Shown here: positions 9,845 through 19,756 of the stretch, one piece after another
Layout: each line of letters opens with the position of its first letter
Numbering within the stretch: the stretch's first letter is position 1
Notes under the pieces: generated by a model
Database searches by the model: none
What the model saw: the letters and a program-made list of their open reading frames with translations, nothing else
What the model was told of the DNA's origin: nothing
Assembly: GCA_963785235.1 (NCBI GenBank)
Contig: CAWAUM010000001.1
Span: 640,001-704,000, forward strand
Direction of reading: 5' to 3'
From: an uncultured delta proteobacterium
GTDB lineage: Bacteria > Desulfobacterota > Desulfomonilia > UBA1062
Length of the DNA: 64,000 nucleotides
Program-made: the position numbers and the translations under genes

Positions 9845-12694
9845 TTACATCTGAGCCTTGAAGATGAAATTTGCAAAGCCCTCTTTCTCATGGGTCTTGT
9901 ATCCGTACTGGATGCCGAGTTCTATGGGCAGGACGGCCAGCAGAATGCACCTGTTCGTCAGGGTTGCACCTATGGATGTCTGTGCCCTGCGGTTCCACGA
10001 ATTCCAGTCCAAGCCCCCATCCCACCCTGCACCATAATCCACAAAGACAGACCCTTTGACGAGGTTGCTGTGGTATGCATAGAGCCCCAGGCCGCCATCG
10101 GCATACAGGATCGGGAAATGATACTCCGCACTCATCAGCAGGTTCTTGCGTCTGTCAAGACCGCCTTTGGGGTCGTCATCATCATACCCCCTGGGGATGC
10201 TCAAGTCCTTTGAATAGGTGAGAAGACCATTCTGTGCCTGATGGGTTAGGGTCAGCGCCAGACCCTGGTGCTGGAAATATGATGGTACATACTGTGTTGC
10301 TGAGGCAATGCCGTTGTAGCCGGGCAGCTCACCGCCAAGGTCTGACAGGCCCTTTTCATAGGAAAGGAAAACATCCTCCCCCCAGGATGATACCATGTCC
10401 CTGGGTGACGCATTCGGTATCCTGGACAGTTTCAACTCACCGAAGACCCCGATTGATTGGTTATTGTCATGGGCAATATCCACATCATCATCCAGGCTGC
10501 TGAAATACCTCAGCCGGGGTCCTATGCGTAGCGTTGACGAAATCATGCCGGGCACTATTTGATGGATCATGGTTATTCCGGCTGAAAGTTCGCCTCCCCT
10601 TTCCCGGTACCAGTAGTCTTCTCCCTCTCCCACGATATTGCCCTCAACTGAAGTGTCATAGAGCCGCGCCATTATGGTGGGCCAGAACGATTTGTTGGTG
10701 AGGTTGATATCGTAGCCGGCCCGGTTGGATTTAAATCCGTACAGGAGATTTGCGGTATAGCTGGTTATCCCCACCGGGTCTGCACCCATAAGAAGCACGC
10801 CGGCCTGGGCCCCCTTCTCATCGGAGCTGATATAGGGGATATGGACAAAGGGCTTGTACGCCTGCAAGGGGATGCCTGTAGTGCCCGTAAAGGCAACGTC
10901 CGGCTGCAGCCGCTTCAGGTCGGGCTGTTCTATTACCTGTGCCTCTTTGGTTTCGTGAGGTTTGCCCGATATCGGATTGAAGGGCAGGGTGCAAACCTGC
11001 TTTACCCCCCTGATGGTATTGGAGTATGACAGGTCCTTTCCATCCGGAGATAGGTGCGGGTCTCCTGCCAGGTAGGGGACCGATGTCAGCTGAAAGAGCC
11101 TTTTGTCGGCAAGGTCCCAGGCATAGATGTTCCAGATGCCGCTGCGGTCTGAAGAGAAAATGATCCACTTCCCATCTGGAGAAAATTCCGGTTCGTTGTC
11201 TTCACAGACGTCTGCGGCGAACAGCAGTTTCATGGTCCCTGTTGCGGGGTTGATCAGGACAATGTCCGAGTTCCGGCCGCTCTTCACCACCGCTGCGATT
11301 CGAGAGCCGTCCGGTGACCAGCAAGGTGCATCAAAGTACATGCCCGGTTTCGAGATCAGCTCTCTGATATTCGTCCCATCCGCATTGAGGAGCACCAGGT
11401 CGATCCACATGCCGTTCCTGCGGGTGGCGACAATCGTCTTCTTGTCCGGTGAGAGACAAGCTGAATAGATATGTGCATCCTTTGTCAACCGCTCATGTTT
11501 CTGGGTCTTCGGGTCAAAGATCACAAGGTCGGTGGTGTCAATCTGCCCTTCGCCAAGGGGGTGATAGAACACCTCGGGCATAAGAAGGCGTCCGTCAGGC
11601 AGCCTCCTGGCCGAGAGGTTCGCCAGATTGCCGGTTTCGGTCTGGGATACGGTCTTCTCTGTGCCAGGGTCAACCTCCACCAGGGCGGTCTTCTTATCGT
11701 AGCCTTTCCTGAGTCCGATTATGGTCCCGTTTTCCGTCCAGAAGTGTGATTCAAGGCTGTCCAGGGTCCGGTCATCCCCAAGGACGACCTTGCCCTGCGG
11801 CAGGCCTACGGAAAGGGCCTTGTCTCTCGTTGTGCGCGTGTAGGCCAGATAATCGCTTAAAAAATCCTGGTAGAACTGCTGGGGGTATTTCCCGGTCACA
11901 AGTTCCATGGCTTCAGCAGTGCCACCCAGGGGGTGCTCGGCCTGGTGCCGGCTCAGGCGTGCGAATGCATCCTGCCCGTATGTTCGGTTCAGGTAATCGA
12001 CCATATGATATCCGGCCAGGTATATCCTGCCGCCGGGCGGGGCATAGGGAGACGATACCGCCGCCGAATTGAGGTCCCACAGGCCGTGGCCTTCGGTGAA
12101 GGACATCATCTCGCCCTTGAAAAGGGGAGAGCGCCCGCGGCCGCCATCGGTGAACATGGTCTCGGTGTTGGTGGTGATACCTTCAAGGACCCATCCGGGT
12201 GACAGGGCATTGGATATGGCAAGGCCTTCACCAAGGACCTTGGTCAGTCCGCCGTACCACCCGAGCCGTGTGGTTATGTGGACATAGTGGGTATATTCAT
12301 GGGTAAACACGAGGTCCATGAGGTCGGAACCGGGTCCGAACCCCCGAACAGTATAGAGTGGTGTTTCATACAGGGATATCTTGCTGGGGAATACCTCCAT
12401 GAATCCGTTAAAGAGGTCCGTGCCCGGGTCAAGGACTATGGGGCAGGGGCGTGGCTCAACGCCGAGATAAGCCGTGACGTCTTTATGAACCTCCTCGCAC
12501 AGCGAGAGCACGCGCTGGGCCAGCAATTCATGGCCTTTTGGATAATAAATGATGAAGTTATCCGTTTGAACCGTGCACCACTGTAACGCCGGGTCATACC
12601 GCGCAGAGGCATTCAGCGGTATTGTGAGGATCATAACCGTACAGGCAAGGAAGATGAGTAACTCCTTATGCAGGAATCCAAGATGGTGTTTCAT
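9845..12694 (-). CDS. exported protein: zinc-peptidase-like domain, TolB/PD40 beta-propeller and putative C-terminal outer-membrane barrel
   Basis: Signal peptide; HEYTH plus W..EG; repeats LSPDKK, WSPDG, FSPDG, LSPDG; 'AEYHFP' and 'FVDYG' as in Omp85/BamA-like barrels. Confidence 0.7.
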   Translation of the reverse strand: MKHHLGFLHKELLIFLACTVMILTIPLNASARYDPALQWCTVQTDNFIIYYPKGHELLAQRVLSLCEEVHKDVTAYLGVEPRPCPIVLDPGTDLFNGFMEVFPSKISLYETPLYTVRGFGPGSDLMDLVFTHEYTHYVHITTRLGWYGGLTKVLGEGLAISNALSPGWVLEGITTNTETMFTDGGRGRSPLFKGEMMSFTEGHGLWDLNSAAVSSPYAPPGGRIYLAGYHMVDYLNRTYGQDAFARLSRHQAEHPLGGTAEAMELVTGKYPQQFYQDFLSDYLAYTRTTRDKALSVGLPQGKVVLGDDRTLDSLESHFWTENGTIIGLRKGYDKKTALVEVDPGTEKTVSQTETGNLANLSARRLPDGRLLMPEVFYHPLGEGQIDTTDLVIFDPKTQKHERLTKDAHIYSACLSPDKKTIVATRRNGMWIDLVLLNADGTNIRELISKPGMYFDAPCWSPDGSRIAAVVKSGRNSDIVLINPATGTMKLLFAADVCEDNEPEFSPDGKWIIFSSDRSGIWNIYAWDLADKRLFQLTSVPYLAGDPHLSPDGKDLSYSNTIRGVKQVCTLPFNPISGKPHETKEAQVIEQPDLKRLQPDVAFTGTTGIPLQAYKPFVHIPYISSDEKGAQAGVLLMGADPVGITSYTANLLYGFKSNRAGYDINLTNKSFWPTIMARLYDTSVEGNIVGEGEDYWYRERGGELSAGITMIHQIVPGMISSTLRIGPRLRYFSSLDDDVDIAHDNNQSIGVFGELKLSRIPNASPRDMVSSWGEDVFLSYEKGLSDLGGELPGYNGIASATQYVPSYFQHQGLALTLTHQAQNGLLTYSKDLSIPRGYDDDDPKGGLDRRKNLLMSAEYHFPILYADGGLGLYAYHSNLVKGSVFVDYGAGWDGGLDWNSWNRRAQTSIGATLTNRCILLAVLPIELGIQYGYKTHEKEGFANFIFKAQM

Positions 12695-14079
12695 GGTTTG
12701 TCCTTGCTCTCATATTTTTGTGCGATTCTCCTCTTGGCATCATACACCTCCATGCCGGTTATGCAGATGCTCAACCAGAAGAGACCGCCTGCATAGCCTG
12801 CGAGTACGTCGCTCAAATAGTGTACCTGGAGGTATATCCGGCTGAAGCCGATCATGAACACAATGAAGCCGGCCATTGCCATGGAAAAGGCCTTAACCCT
12901 CCATGAGCCTATTGTGCGCACCAGCAGATAGACGATCATACCGTAGAATATCATGGATGTCATGGCGTGTCCGCTTGGGAAGCTCCATCCATATACGGTA
13001 ATAAGGGTTGTCTCGCTGATGGGCCTTGGCCGGTGTATTATGGCCTTCAAAATATTGTTCAGAATGCTTCCCCCGACAATGGCGGCTGTGAATCCCGTTG
13101 CCTTTTCAAAACGCTTTATCAGCAGCAGGTAGGTGATAACGGCAATGGTGCAAGGCGCGATAAATTTCATTCCGCCCAGCAGTGTGACCGCCTCCATCAC
13201 ATTGTTTGCCAAGGGCGATCTGAAATAGAGAACCCTTCCGAGAACCCATTGATCAACATCCACAAAGGGATCACCGGTGAGGATGTCTTCAGTGATGCCG
13301 CCGAATATCCAGATGAAGACAATGCTTATGCTCAGGCCTATGGTGAGGTGCAGCCCAAGGTATGAGCCCGGTGAGAGCCTCCTGGCAATGAAGGCTACAA
13401 ACTCAGGGTGCTGCTGCTCAAACCTTGTAACAAGAGGCGAAGTGGGTATTTCCCTGAACCACTGGTAAATATCCTCCCGGTTTTCAGAGAGCTTTTCATA
13501 GAGATAGACAAACAGGGCTATAACCAGGATCATGAACAGAGCGAACACCCCGGCCCTGCCTGCCCATTTTTCCACGAACTGCCAGCTCTGCCCGAAGAAA
13601 TATCCAAGGGAGATGAAGCAGACGGTCCAGATGATCGCGCCTGCAACGTTGAATAATGCAAATCTTCCATAGGGCATGGCCGACATGCCGGCTGTGAAAG
13701 GTGTCAAGGCACGGAGAAGGTGGACAAACCTGGCCCAGAATACGGTCTTTCCACCGTGCCGGGCAAAATATCCTTCCACCTTTTGCAGGTGTTCACGCCT
13801 GAACAGGAACAGCCTCTCATGCCTGGAGAAATAATCTCTCCCAAAAGCCTTGCCCAGTGCATAGCCGGTGCTGTCGCCCAGGATCGCCCCAAGGGCTATC
13901 ACTATCATGCAGTATCCGAGTTCGAGATAACCGTGTGAAGCCAGGAACCCTGCCAGCACAACCACGGTTTCACCCGGTACGAGAACACCTAGGAATGCAG
14001 AGCTTTCGAGAAAAGGGGCCAGGAAGATGAGTGCATAGCCCCAGTTGCCAAGGGTGCTTATGCTGTTAAGGATTGTCAC
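12691..14079 (-). CDS. bifunctional DedA / PAP2 phosphatase membrane protein
   Basis: DedA 'ESSAFLGVLVPGE' and 'GDSTGY'; PAP2 'K...RPRP', 'SFPSGH', 'SRIYLQVHYLSDV'. Confidence 0.93.
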   Translation of the reverse strand: MTILNSISTLGNWGYALIFLAPFLESSAFLGVLVPGETVVVLAGFLASHGYLELGYCMIVIALGAILGDSTGYALGKAFGRDYFSRHERLFLFRREHLQKVEGYFARHGGKTVFWARFVHLLRALTPFTAGMSAMPYGRFALFNVAGAIIWTVCFISLGYFFGQSWQFVEKWAGRAGVFALFMILVIALFVYLYEKLSENREDIYQWFREIPTSPLVTRFEQQHPEFVAFIARRLSPGSYLGLHLTIGLSISIVFIWIFGGITEDILTGDPFVDVDQWVLGRVLYFRSPLANNVMEAVTLLGGMKFIAPCTIAVITYLLLIKRFEKATGFTAAIVGGSILNNILKAIIHRPRPISETTLITVYGWSFPSGHAMTSMIFYGMIVYLLVRTIGSWRVKAFSMAMAGFIVFMIGFSRIYLQVHYLSDVLAGYAGGLFWLSICITGMEVYDAKRRIAQKYESKDKP

Positions 14080-14270
14080 ACAATATCTCTTTCACCCGGC
14101 CCACTGCACCGCTGACCAGGCGAACTTTGATCCCGTGAGGATGGGTGGGGGATTTCGTGAGGATATCCTTCACGATACCTTCTGTCAGGGTTCCTGAATG
14201 CCTGATCGGGTTTCTGTACAATACGTACGCGAGACCCCGGTTTGATATCAGATCGAGTTTTTCCATTCAT
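14066..14270 (-). CDS. YwbE (DUF2196) family protein, frameshifted in this assembly
   Basis: MNGKTRSDIKPG..VQKPDQ joined across a 1-nt shift to 'GTLTEGIVKDILTKSPTHPHGIKVRL..G.VGRV'. Confidence 0.85.
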
Positions 14271-14285
14271 ATATTGTTGATCCTT

Positions 14286-14700
14286 TTACGATTCCTCGAA
14301 CAGGATATCCTGGGCGCCATGCCAGAGCACGAGGCGGCCCATGTCCTGCAGAAACTCGCAGCCCTGTATGACCGTCAAAAAATGGTTGCCTGCCAGCTGG
14401 CCCATCTTGCTGGCAAAGCGGGTGGGGCCGTAGGGGAACAGGATCTCGGTTTCGCTGTAGCCCCCTGGATAGAACAGGATCTCGCCTGGTGAGGGGTAGC
14501 TGGTGGCGTTCTCTATACCCGTATCCAGCCTGAAATCGCCCAGCGGTATCCAGCAGGCCTCGCCGCTCCAGCGCGCGTGGATGAGCTTCTGTGCGTAGGG
14601 CAGGAGTGTCCTGAACTGAGCGCATGTCCTGGGGGCAAGCCCTTCTTCCATACGTGCGATGAACTCGAACGAGTGCAACGGTTATCCTGAGCTTAGTCAT
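14286..14700 (-). CDS. DUF3830 (cyclophilin-like fold) protein, frameshift near N-terminus
   Basis: 'APRTC..F...LPY', 'IHARWSGE', 'ENATSYPSPGEILFYPGG.SETEIL', 'GQLAGNHF'; RBS GGAG before ATG 14700. Confidence 0.85.
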
Positions 14701-14832
14701 GCCTTCTCCTGGGTCCATATATCCTGCAAACCCGAGACGATCTCATAAATGGATACTACAGGGCAACAGGATTCATGGCAAGTGCAAGAGGTATATTCAT
14801 TTACAGTGAACTAATTGCATAACTCGCTGGTT

Positions 14833-14896
14833 GTCATTCCCGCGAAAGCTTCGAATCCAGGTATTTACCCAGGTCCCTGCTTTCGCGGGGGGTGAC
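14833..14896. repeat. degenerate GTCATTCCCGCGAAAGC-type REP-like palindrome; may terminate the upstream minus-strand gene
   Basis: GTCATTCCCGCGAAAGC ... GCTTTCGCGGGGGGTGAC with a perfect 11-bp core CCCGCGAAAGC/GCTTTCGCGGG. Confidence 0.6.
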
Positions 14897-14907
14897 TCTC
14901 GGCGGTG

Positions 14908-15300
14908 TCAGGCCGTTCTTCTGATCCAGAACACCAGCGCCGGAAGTACCATGACAGCCATCAGCACCAACGGCCAGAGGTTACCGGCAAAGATATTGTA
15001 TGCCTGAAGCAACTGCTCCCAGGATAGATGCGAGATATAACGTCCCATGACGAACTCGAACAGCACCGTGAGCACCAGCCATATTAGCCCCACCAAGGTG
15101 GCTTGGCCAAGCGAATGCAGGGGCCACCTGGAACTCAGAAGCCAGACATAAACCCCGAAGATGAGGATGAGAGTCACACTCGAAAGCTGGTGAGCGTGCA
15201 TCTCAGACATTGCCTTACCATAGGTGAACTGACGCAGAGTTCCGTTCAAGATAGCCATAAGGACCATTGGCAGCCATGCCAGCGAGTACCGTAATATCAT
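14908..15300 (-). CDS. small conserved 4-TM membrane protein
   Basis: 'AILNGTLR', 'AHQLS', 'W..LTVLFEF..G', 'YNI..G.LW'; GAGGGAAGG RBS. Confidence 0.8.
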   Translation of the reverse strand: MILRYSLAWLPMVLMAILNGTLRQFTYGKAMSEMHAHQLSSVTLILIFGVYVWLLSSRWPLHSLGQATLVGLIWLVLTVLFEFVMGRYISHLSWEQLLQAYNIFAGNLWPLVLMAVMVLPALVFWIRRTA

Positions 15301-15379
15301 TCCTTCCCTCTTCGGTCCAATGTGCATCAGCGGCCAGGAGGAAGTACAACGTCTCAGTGCAGCGCTTTGTTCGCGCTTT

Positions 15380-15834
15380 TTACCTTTGGGCCACTGCAAC
15401 CTTTACCACGACTTTATGGAGTTGTCCTGACGATATCAGCGGCATATGCGCATCTTCCGGGAAGAAGATCGCAAAGCTCCGCTTTCAGTTGAGAGCCAGG
15501 CATCAGGTTCGTCCATGAAGAACTGCACATCAGCTTTCTGATCATATTCCCCGGATGGCTGTTTACACAATGACTTGGGCTTCCATCCCATATCATCCGT
15601 TCCTTCCAAAACCAATTGGATATCAATGTATTTCTCATGCGTTTCGAGTTGAGCATCCTCTTTCTTGCGGCCAGGAGACCTGGAAATCATCGCATAGACG
15701 CGCTCCCCGTCTATCTCGTATTTATCCGCCGGCATATCCTTCAGCTCGGGGCGCAAGAGAAACTCGATTGCCTTTGCAAATCCCTTGTTCAGGGCCAGAT
15801 AGCAGTGTGCATTCCCAAGTATATCCAAGATCAT
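15380..15834 (-). CDS. YhcH/YjgK/YiaL family protein, frameshift near 15480
   Basis: 'ETHEKYIDIQ', 'YDQKADVQF'; shifted frame gives 'FAIFFPEDAHMP...HKVVVKV'. Confidence 0.88.
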
Positions 15835-16117
15835 GTCTATACCTTCCTGGAATCATATTGTTACGAAAGTATAATTGAAAGCAAATGTATAAAAAATGGC
15901 CCATGGTCAGCAGGACTTCAGATGAGGTTTATACAATAGAGCATATCCTTAATAAAATTGCCATTAGTATTGATAACTTATAATGGGCTTGACAGCCAAA
16001 GACTCCATCGGGTACGTCTTTGCCCGAAGCCTTCGTGCATTAAAAGGCCCTCGACTTGCCGTGAATGGTGTTCATTGAGCCGATAGTGCGGTAGAGATAA
16101 TTTAAAGGGGTACAGCT

Positions 16118-17044
16118 ATGAAAATCATTGTCTCCGGATCACTGGCATACGACAGGATAATGGACTTTCCCGGACACTTCTCAGACCATATCCTTCCCGA
16201 TAAGATACATGTCTTGAACATCTGTTTCCAGGTGAACAGCATGAAGGAGAAATTCGGAGGTACTGCGGGCAACATCGCTTATGCACTGACCCTGATGGGC
16301 GAGAAACCTGTCATCTCTGCAGCTATCGGCCGTGATTACCAGCGGTATTTCGAAGGGCTGGCAAAAAATGGGATCTCTACCGAGTCCATCCGCATCATCG
16401 AGGACGATTTCACGGCAAGCGCCTACATAACCACCGACCGGGCAGACAACCAGATAACCGGGTTCCACCCGGGCGCCATGAAATATACCTCTGAGCTGGA
16501 TTTTGACAAGCTCGACCCCAAGGACACCATCCTCATCATCTCGCCGGGCAACCTGGATGACATGGTGAACTATCCGCGCGCCTGCAAGGCAAAGGGGATC
16601 GGCTATATCTTCGACCCGGGGCAGGCACTGCCCATGCTGGAGGCACAAGACCTGATCCAGGCAATAGACGGGTGCCGGATACTGATCACCAATGATTATG
16701 AACTGGAACTGATCATGAGCAAGACCGCCCTGGACAAAAAGGCCTTACTGAGCCACGCAGGCGCCGTCATCACCACCCTGGGAGAAAAGGGATCGCAGCT
16801 CTGCACACAAGAAGGCGAGGTGCACATTCCCGCAACCAAGGCAAGGCAGGTGGTTGACCCCACAGGCGCGGGAGACTCGTTCCGGGGAGGCCTTATCAGC
16901 GGCCTGGTACAGGGTAAGGATATGGAGCAGTGCGCCAGGATGGGCAGCGTTTGCGCGTCTTTTTCCGTTGAGTGCTACGGCACCCAGGAATATCGGTTCA
17001 GCACCGATGAATTCAACGAAAGGCTGCGCACCTGTTCGGGATGA
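16118..17044 (+). CDS. PfkB-family carbohydrate/nucleoside (adenosine-type) kinase
   Basis: 'GSLAYDRIM', 'FGGTAGNIAY', 'DPTGAGDSFRGG'. Confidence 0.92.
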   Translation: MKIIVSGSLAYDRIMDFPGHFSDHILPDKIHVLNICFQVNSMKEKFGGTAGNIAYALTLMGEKPVISAAIGRDYQRYFEGLAKNGISTESIRIIEDDFTASAYITTDRADNQITGFHPGAMKYTSELDFDKLDPKDTILIISPGNLDDMVNYPRACKAKGIGYIFDPGQALPMLEAQDLIQAIDGCRILITNDYELELIMSKTALDKKALLSHAGAVITTLGEKGSQLCTQEGEVHIPATKARQVVDPTGAGDSFRGGLISGLVQGKDMEQCARMGSVCASFSVECYGTQEYRFSTDEFNERLRTCSG

Positions 17045-17099
17045 GGGTCTGACATAGAGTTATTTAGCGGATGCTTCATTGTTCGCCACAGGCGTATAT

Positions 17100-18930
17100 A
17101 TGAATGAAAATTCCCTGACAAGTCTGAAAACCATCTTCGGGTACGAGTCTTTCAGGCCCCATCAGCGCGAGGTCATCGAGGGGCTCATCGAAGGTCAGGA
17201 TGCCTTTGTCCTTATGCCCACCGGCGGCGGCAAATCGCTGTGCTACCAGATACCGGCCCTGCACCGTGCAGGCGTGGGCATCGTGGTTTCGCCCCTGATC
17301 TCTCTCATGAAGGATCAGGTCGATGCCTTGAGGGCCTGCGGCGTAAAGGCGGCCTTTTACAATTCCTCCCTGGAAAGCGCCGAGGCCAGGAGCGTGCTGG
17401 CCATGCTGCACGGCCAGGAACTGGACCTCTTGTATGTCGCCCCGGAGCGGTTGATGAGCGATGAGTTTGTCGAGCGGCTCCGCGATATCCCCATCGCCCT
17501 GTTCGCCATTGACGAGGCGCACTGCATCTCCCAGTGGGGGCATGACTTCAGGCCCGAATACCGGAAGCTGGGCAGGCTCCGCAGCCTGTTCCCCCAGATC
17601 CCCATGATAGCCCTGACCGCAACGGCCGAGACGCATACCCTTAAGGACATCCTGGAACGCCTGGGCCTGCAGCAGGCCCGGTGCTTTATCTCAGGGTTCG
17701 ACCGGCCCAATATCCGTTATACCGTGGTTGAAAAACAAAGACCTTTTGCCCAGTTGAGCGCATATCTGCAGGCCAACCCCGAAGGGGCGGGCATAGTATA
17801 TTGTCTGAGCCGTAAACGGGTGGACAGGGTGGCGGACCAGCTCGTCCAGGCGGGTTTTATCGCAGCTCCCTACCATGCGGGTCTTACTGCAGGGCAACGA
17901 AAGAAGACCCAGGACGACTTTCTTCACGACGATATCCGCATCATCGTGGCCACGGTAGCTTTCGGCATGGGCATAGACAAGTCTAATATCCGCTTCGTGG
18001 TGCACTACGATATCCCAAAAAACATCGAGGGCTACTACCAGGAGACAGGCCGTGCCGGACGCGATGGCCTTGCCGCCGAGGCACTGCTGCTGTTCAGCTA
18101 TGGAGATATAGCCATTGCGCGCGAGCCTGATCGAGAATACGAGTGATCCCGATCAGAAACGCATCGAGGTGCACAAACTCGGCACCATGGTAGGTTTTGC
18201 CGAGGCCTTGAGCTGCAGGCGCCGCATCCTTCTGGGCTATTTCGGCGAGCGCCTGGAGCACGATTGCGGCAATTGCGATATATGCCTGCACCCGAGAGAG
18301 CTTGTTGATGTCACGGAAGATGCACGCAAGGCCTTGTCCTGCGTCTTTCGTGTGGGGCAGCGCTTCGGCATGGCACACGTAATCGATGTGCTGCGCGGTT
18401 CCAAGAAAGAGAGGCTCATGGAACTCGGTCACGACAAGCTTTCCACCTACGGGATCGGCGCGGACAAGGGCCAGGAATACTGGAGCAGCCTGCTGCGCCA
18501 CCTGGTTCACCACGGGTTCCTTTTGCAGGACGTGGGTGATTATTCGGTGCTCAAGCTCACCGCTTCAGCCTGGCCTCTGTTGCACGGCGAAAAGAACCTC
18601 ACCATGGCGGAGCCTCGTGTTCGTGTAAAGGCGGAGCCGGCGCCCAAGCGCTCCCGCCGGAAGGCCGGGGACATGGAGTATGATCACGGCCTGTTTGAGA
18701 TACTGCGTGTCCTGCGGAAAAAACTGGCTGATGAAGAAAAAGTGCCGCCTTTTGTCATCTTCAGCGATGCCTCCCTTATCCAGATGGCTGCCGGTCATCC
18801 CGCCACGAGTGAAGAGCTGCACCTCATCCACGGGGTGGGCGACTACAAGCTCGAACGCTATGGCCCCCATTTCCTCGAAGCGATACGCAGGTTTTCAGCC
18901 GGCAGCGGGGCAACAGGGAATGATGCATAA
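17100..18930 (+). CDS. recQ: ATP-dependent DNA helicase RecQ, frameshift near 18120
   Basis: MPTGGGKSLCYQ, DEAHCISQWGHDFRP, QETGRAGRDG; second frame has the Zn/RQC motif CRR..L.YFGE..CGNCD.C and HRDC. Confidence 0.95.
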
Positions 18931-18967
18931 TAAAGCCGGATATTGAGGTTAAGATGGAAAAAATTGA

Positions 18968-19053
18968 TCCGTTAAAAACCTCCATCTTGCAGCCTTGAAG
19001 GACCGATAAAATTAGCATCCCACAAAGGCTGCAAGATGGAGGTTTTTAACGGA
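18968..19053. repeat. long palindromic (MITE/REP-like) element, copy 1
   Basis: Perfect 29-bp inverted repeat TCCGTTAAAAACCTCCATCTTGCAGCCTT (18968-18996 / 19025-19053) with 28-nt spacer, between convergent genes. Confidence 0.9.
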
Positions 19054-19098
19054 CCTGGTTTTTACTCACCTTAAACGCATATCCCGGGCAGTGAAGTG

Positions 19099-19731
19099 TT
19101 ATTGCACCGGCTTTGCTGTAAGCTTGGGCACAAGTGCCTTTGACCAGGCCTTGATGGCGTTCCAGTCGCGGAAGTCACCCTCAGGCACCTTGACGAAATA
19201 TTTCACAGCGATGCGTGCAAAAAGGCCCAGCTTGGAATAGTCCATCTTGCCGGCAAAAAGCCCCACATCAACAGGCTTTACCTGCTCCCGCAGAGGGTCA
19301 AGATAGGCATCCACGGTCTTGCGGTTCGCGGGCGTGTCGTCCTTCATGGTCATGCAGACCACAAAATAGGCCATGGGAATGCCCCTGAGCTCGGATTGGT
19401 GGTTTTTCACAAAGGCAAACACCTCGGGCTTCACCTTCCCAATCCGGATGGCGCTGCCTAGTACTACGCCGTGGTATCCGGCCAGGCTCTTCACTGATTC
19501 TACAGGCTTCACATCCACCTTGGCACCGTTCTCGGCCAGTGTCTTGCCGATGATATCCGCCACCTCTGCCGTGGAGCCGGCCCATGTGTCATAGACTACC
19601 AGAATGCTGTTCGACATGCCTGTCTCCCCATAGCTTATATCGACGAGTTTGATGTCCTTGGAACTGCAGCATGCAAGAAGGCTGAATCCCAGCATGCACA
19701 ACCACACCATCCATGATTTATTATGTGACAT
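19099..19731 (-). CDS. flavodoxin (HemG/Flavodoxin_5-like) protein with lipoprotein-type leader
   Basis: 'VVYDTWAGSTAEVA', 'VVLGSAI', 'FAGKMD', 'GDFRDW..I..W'; N-terminal LLACC. Confidence 0.85.
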   Translation of the reverse strand: MSHNKSWMVWLCMLGFSLLACCSSKDIKLVDISYGETGMSNSILVVYDTWAGSTAEVADIIGKTLAENGAKVDVKPVESVKSLAGYHGVVLGSAIRIGKVKPEVFAFVKNHQSELRGIPMAYFVVCMTMKDDTPANRKTVDAYLDPLREQVKPVDVGLFAGKMDYSKLGLFARIAVKYFVKVPEGDFRDWNAIKAWSKALVPKLTAKPVQ

Positions 19732-19756
19732 GTTTGCATACCTCCTATGAATAAAA

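Noticed and set aside
17100-18930. Programmed frameshifting or split recQ
   Set aside because: No slippery site at the junction, and similar 1-nt shifts occur throughout the window
18968-19053. CRISPR repeat-spacer unit
   Set aside because: The arms are inverted rather than direct, there is one unit per locus and no cas genes
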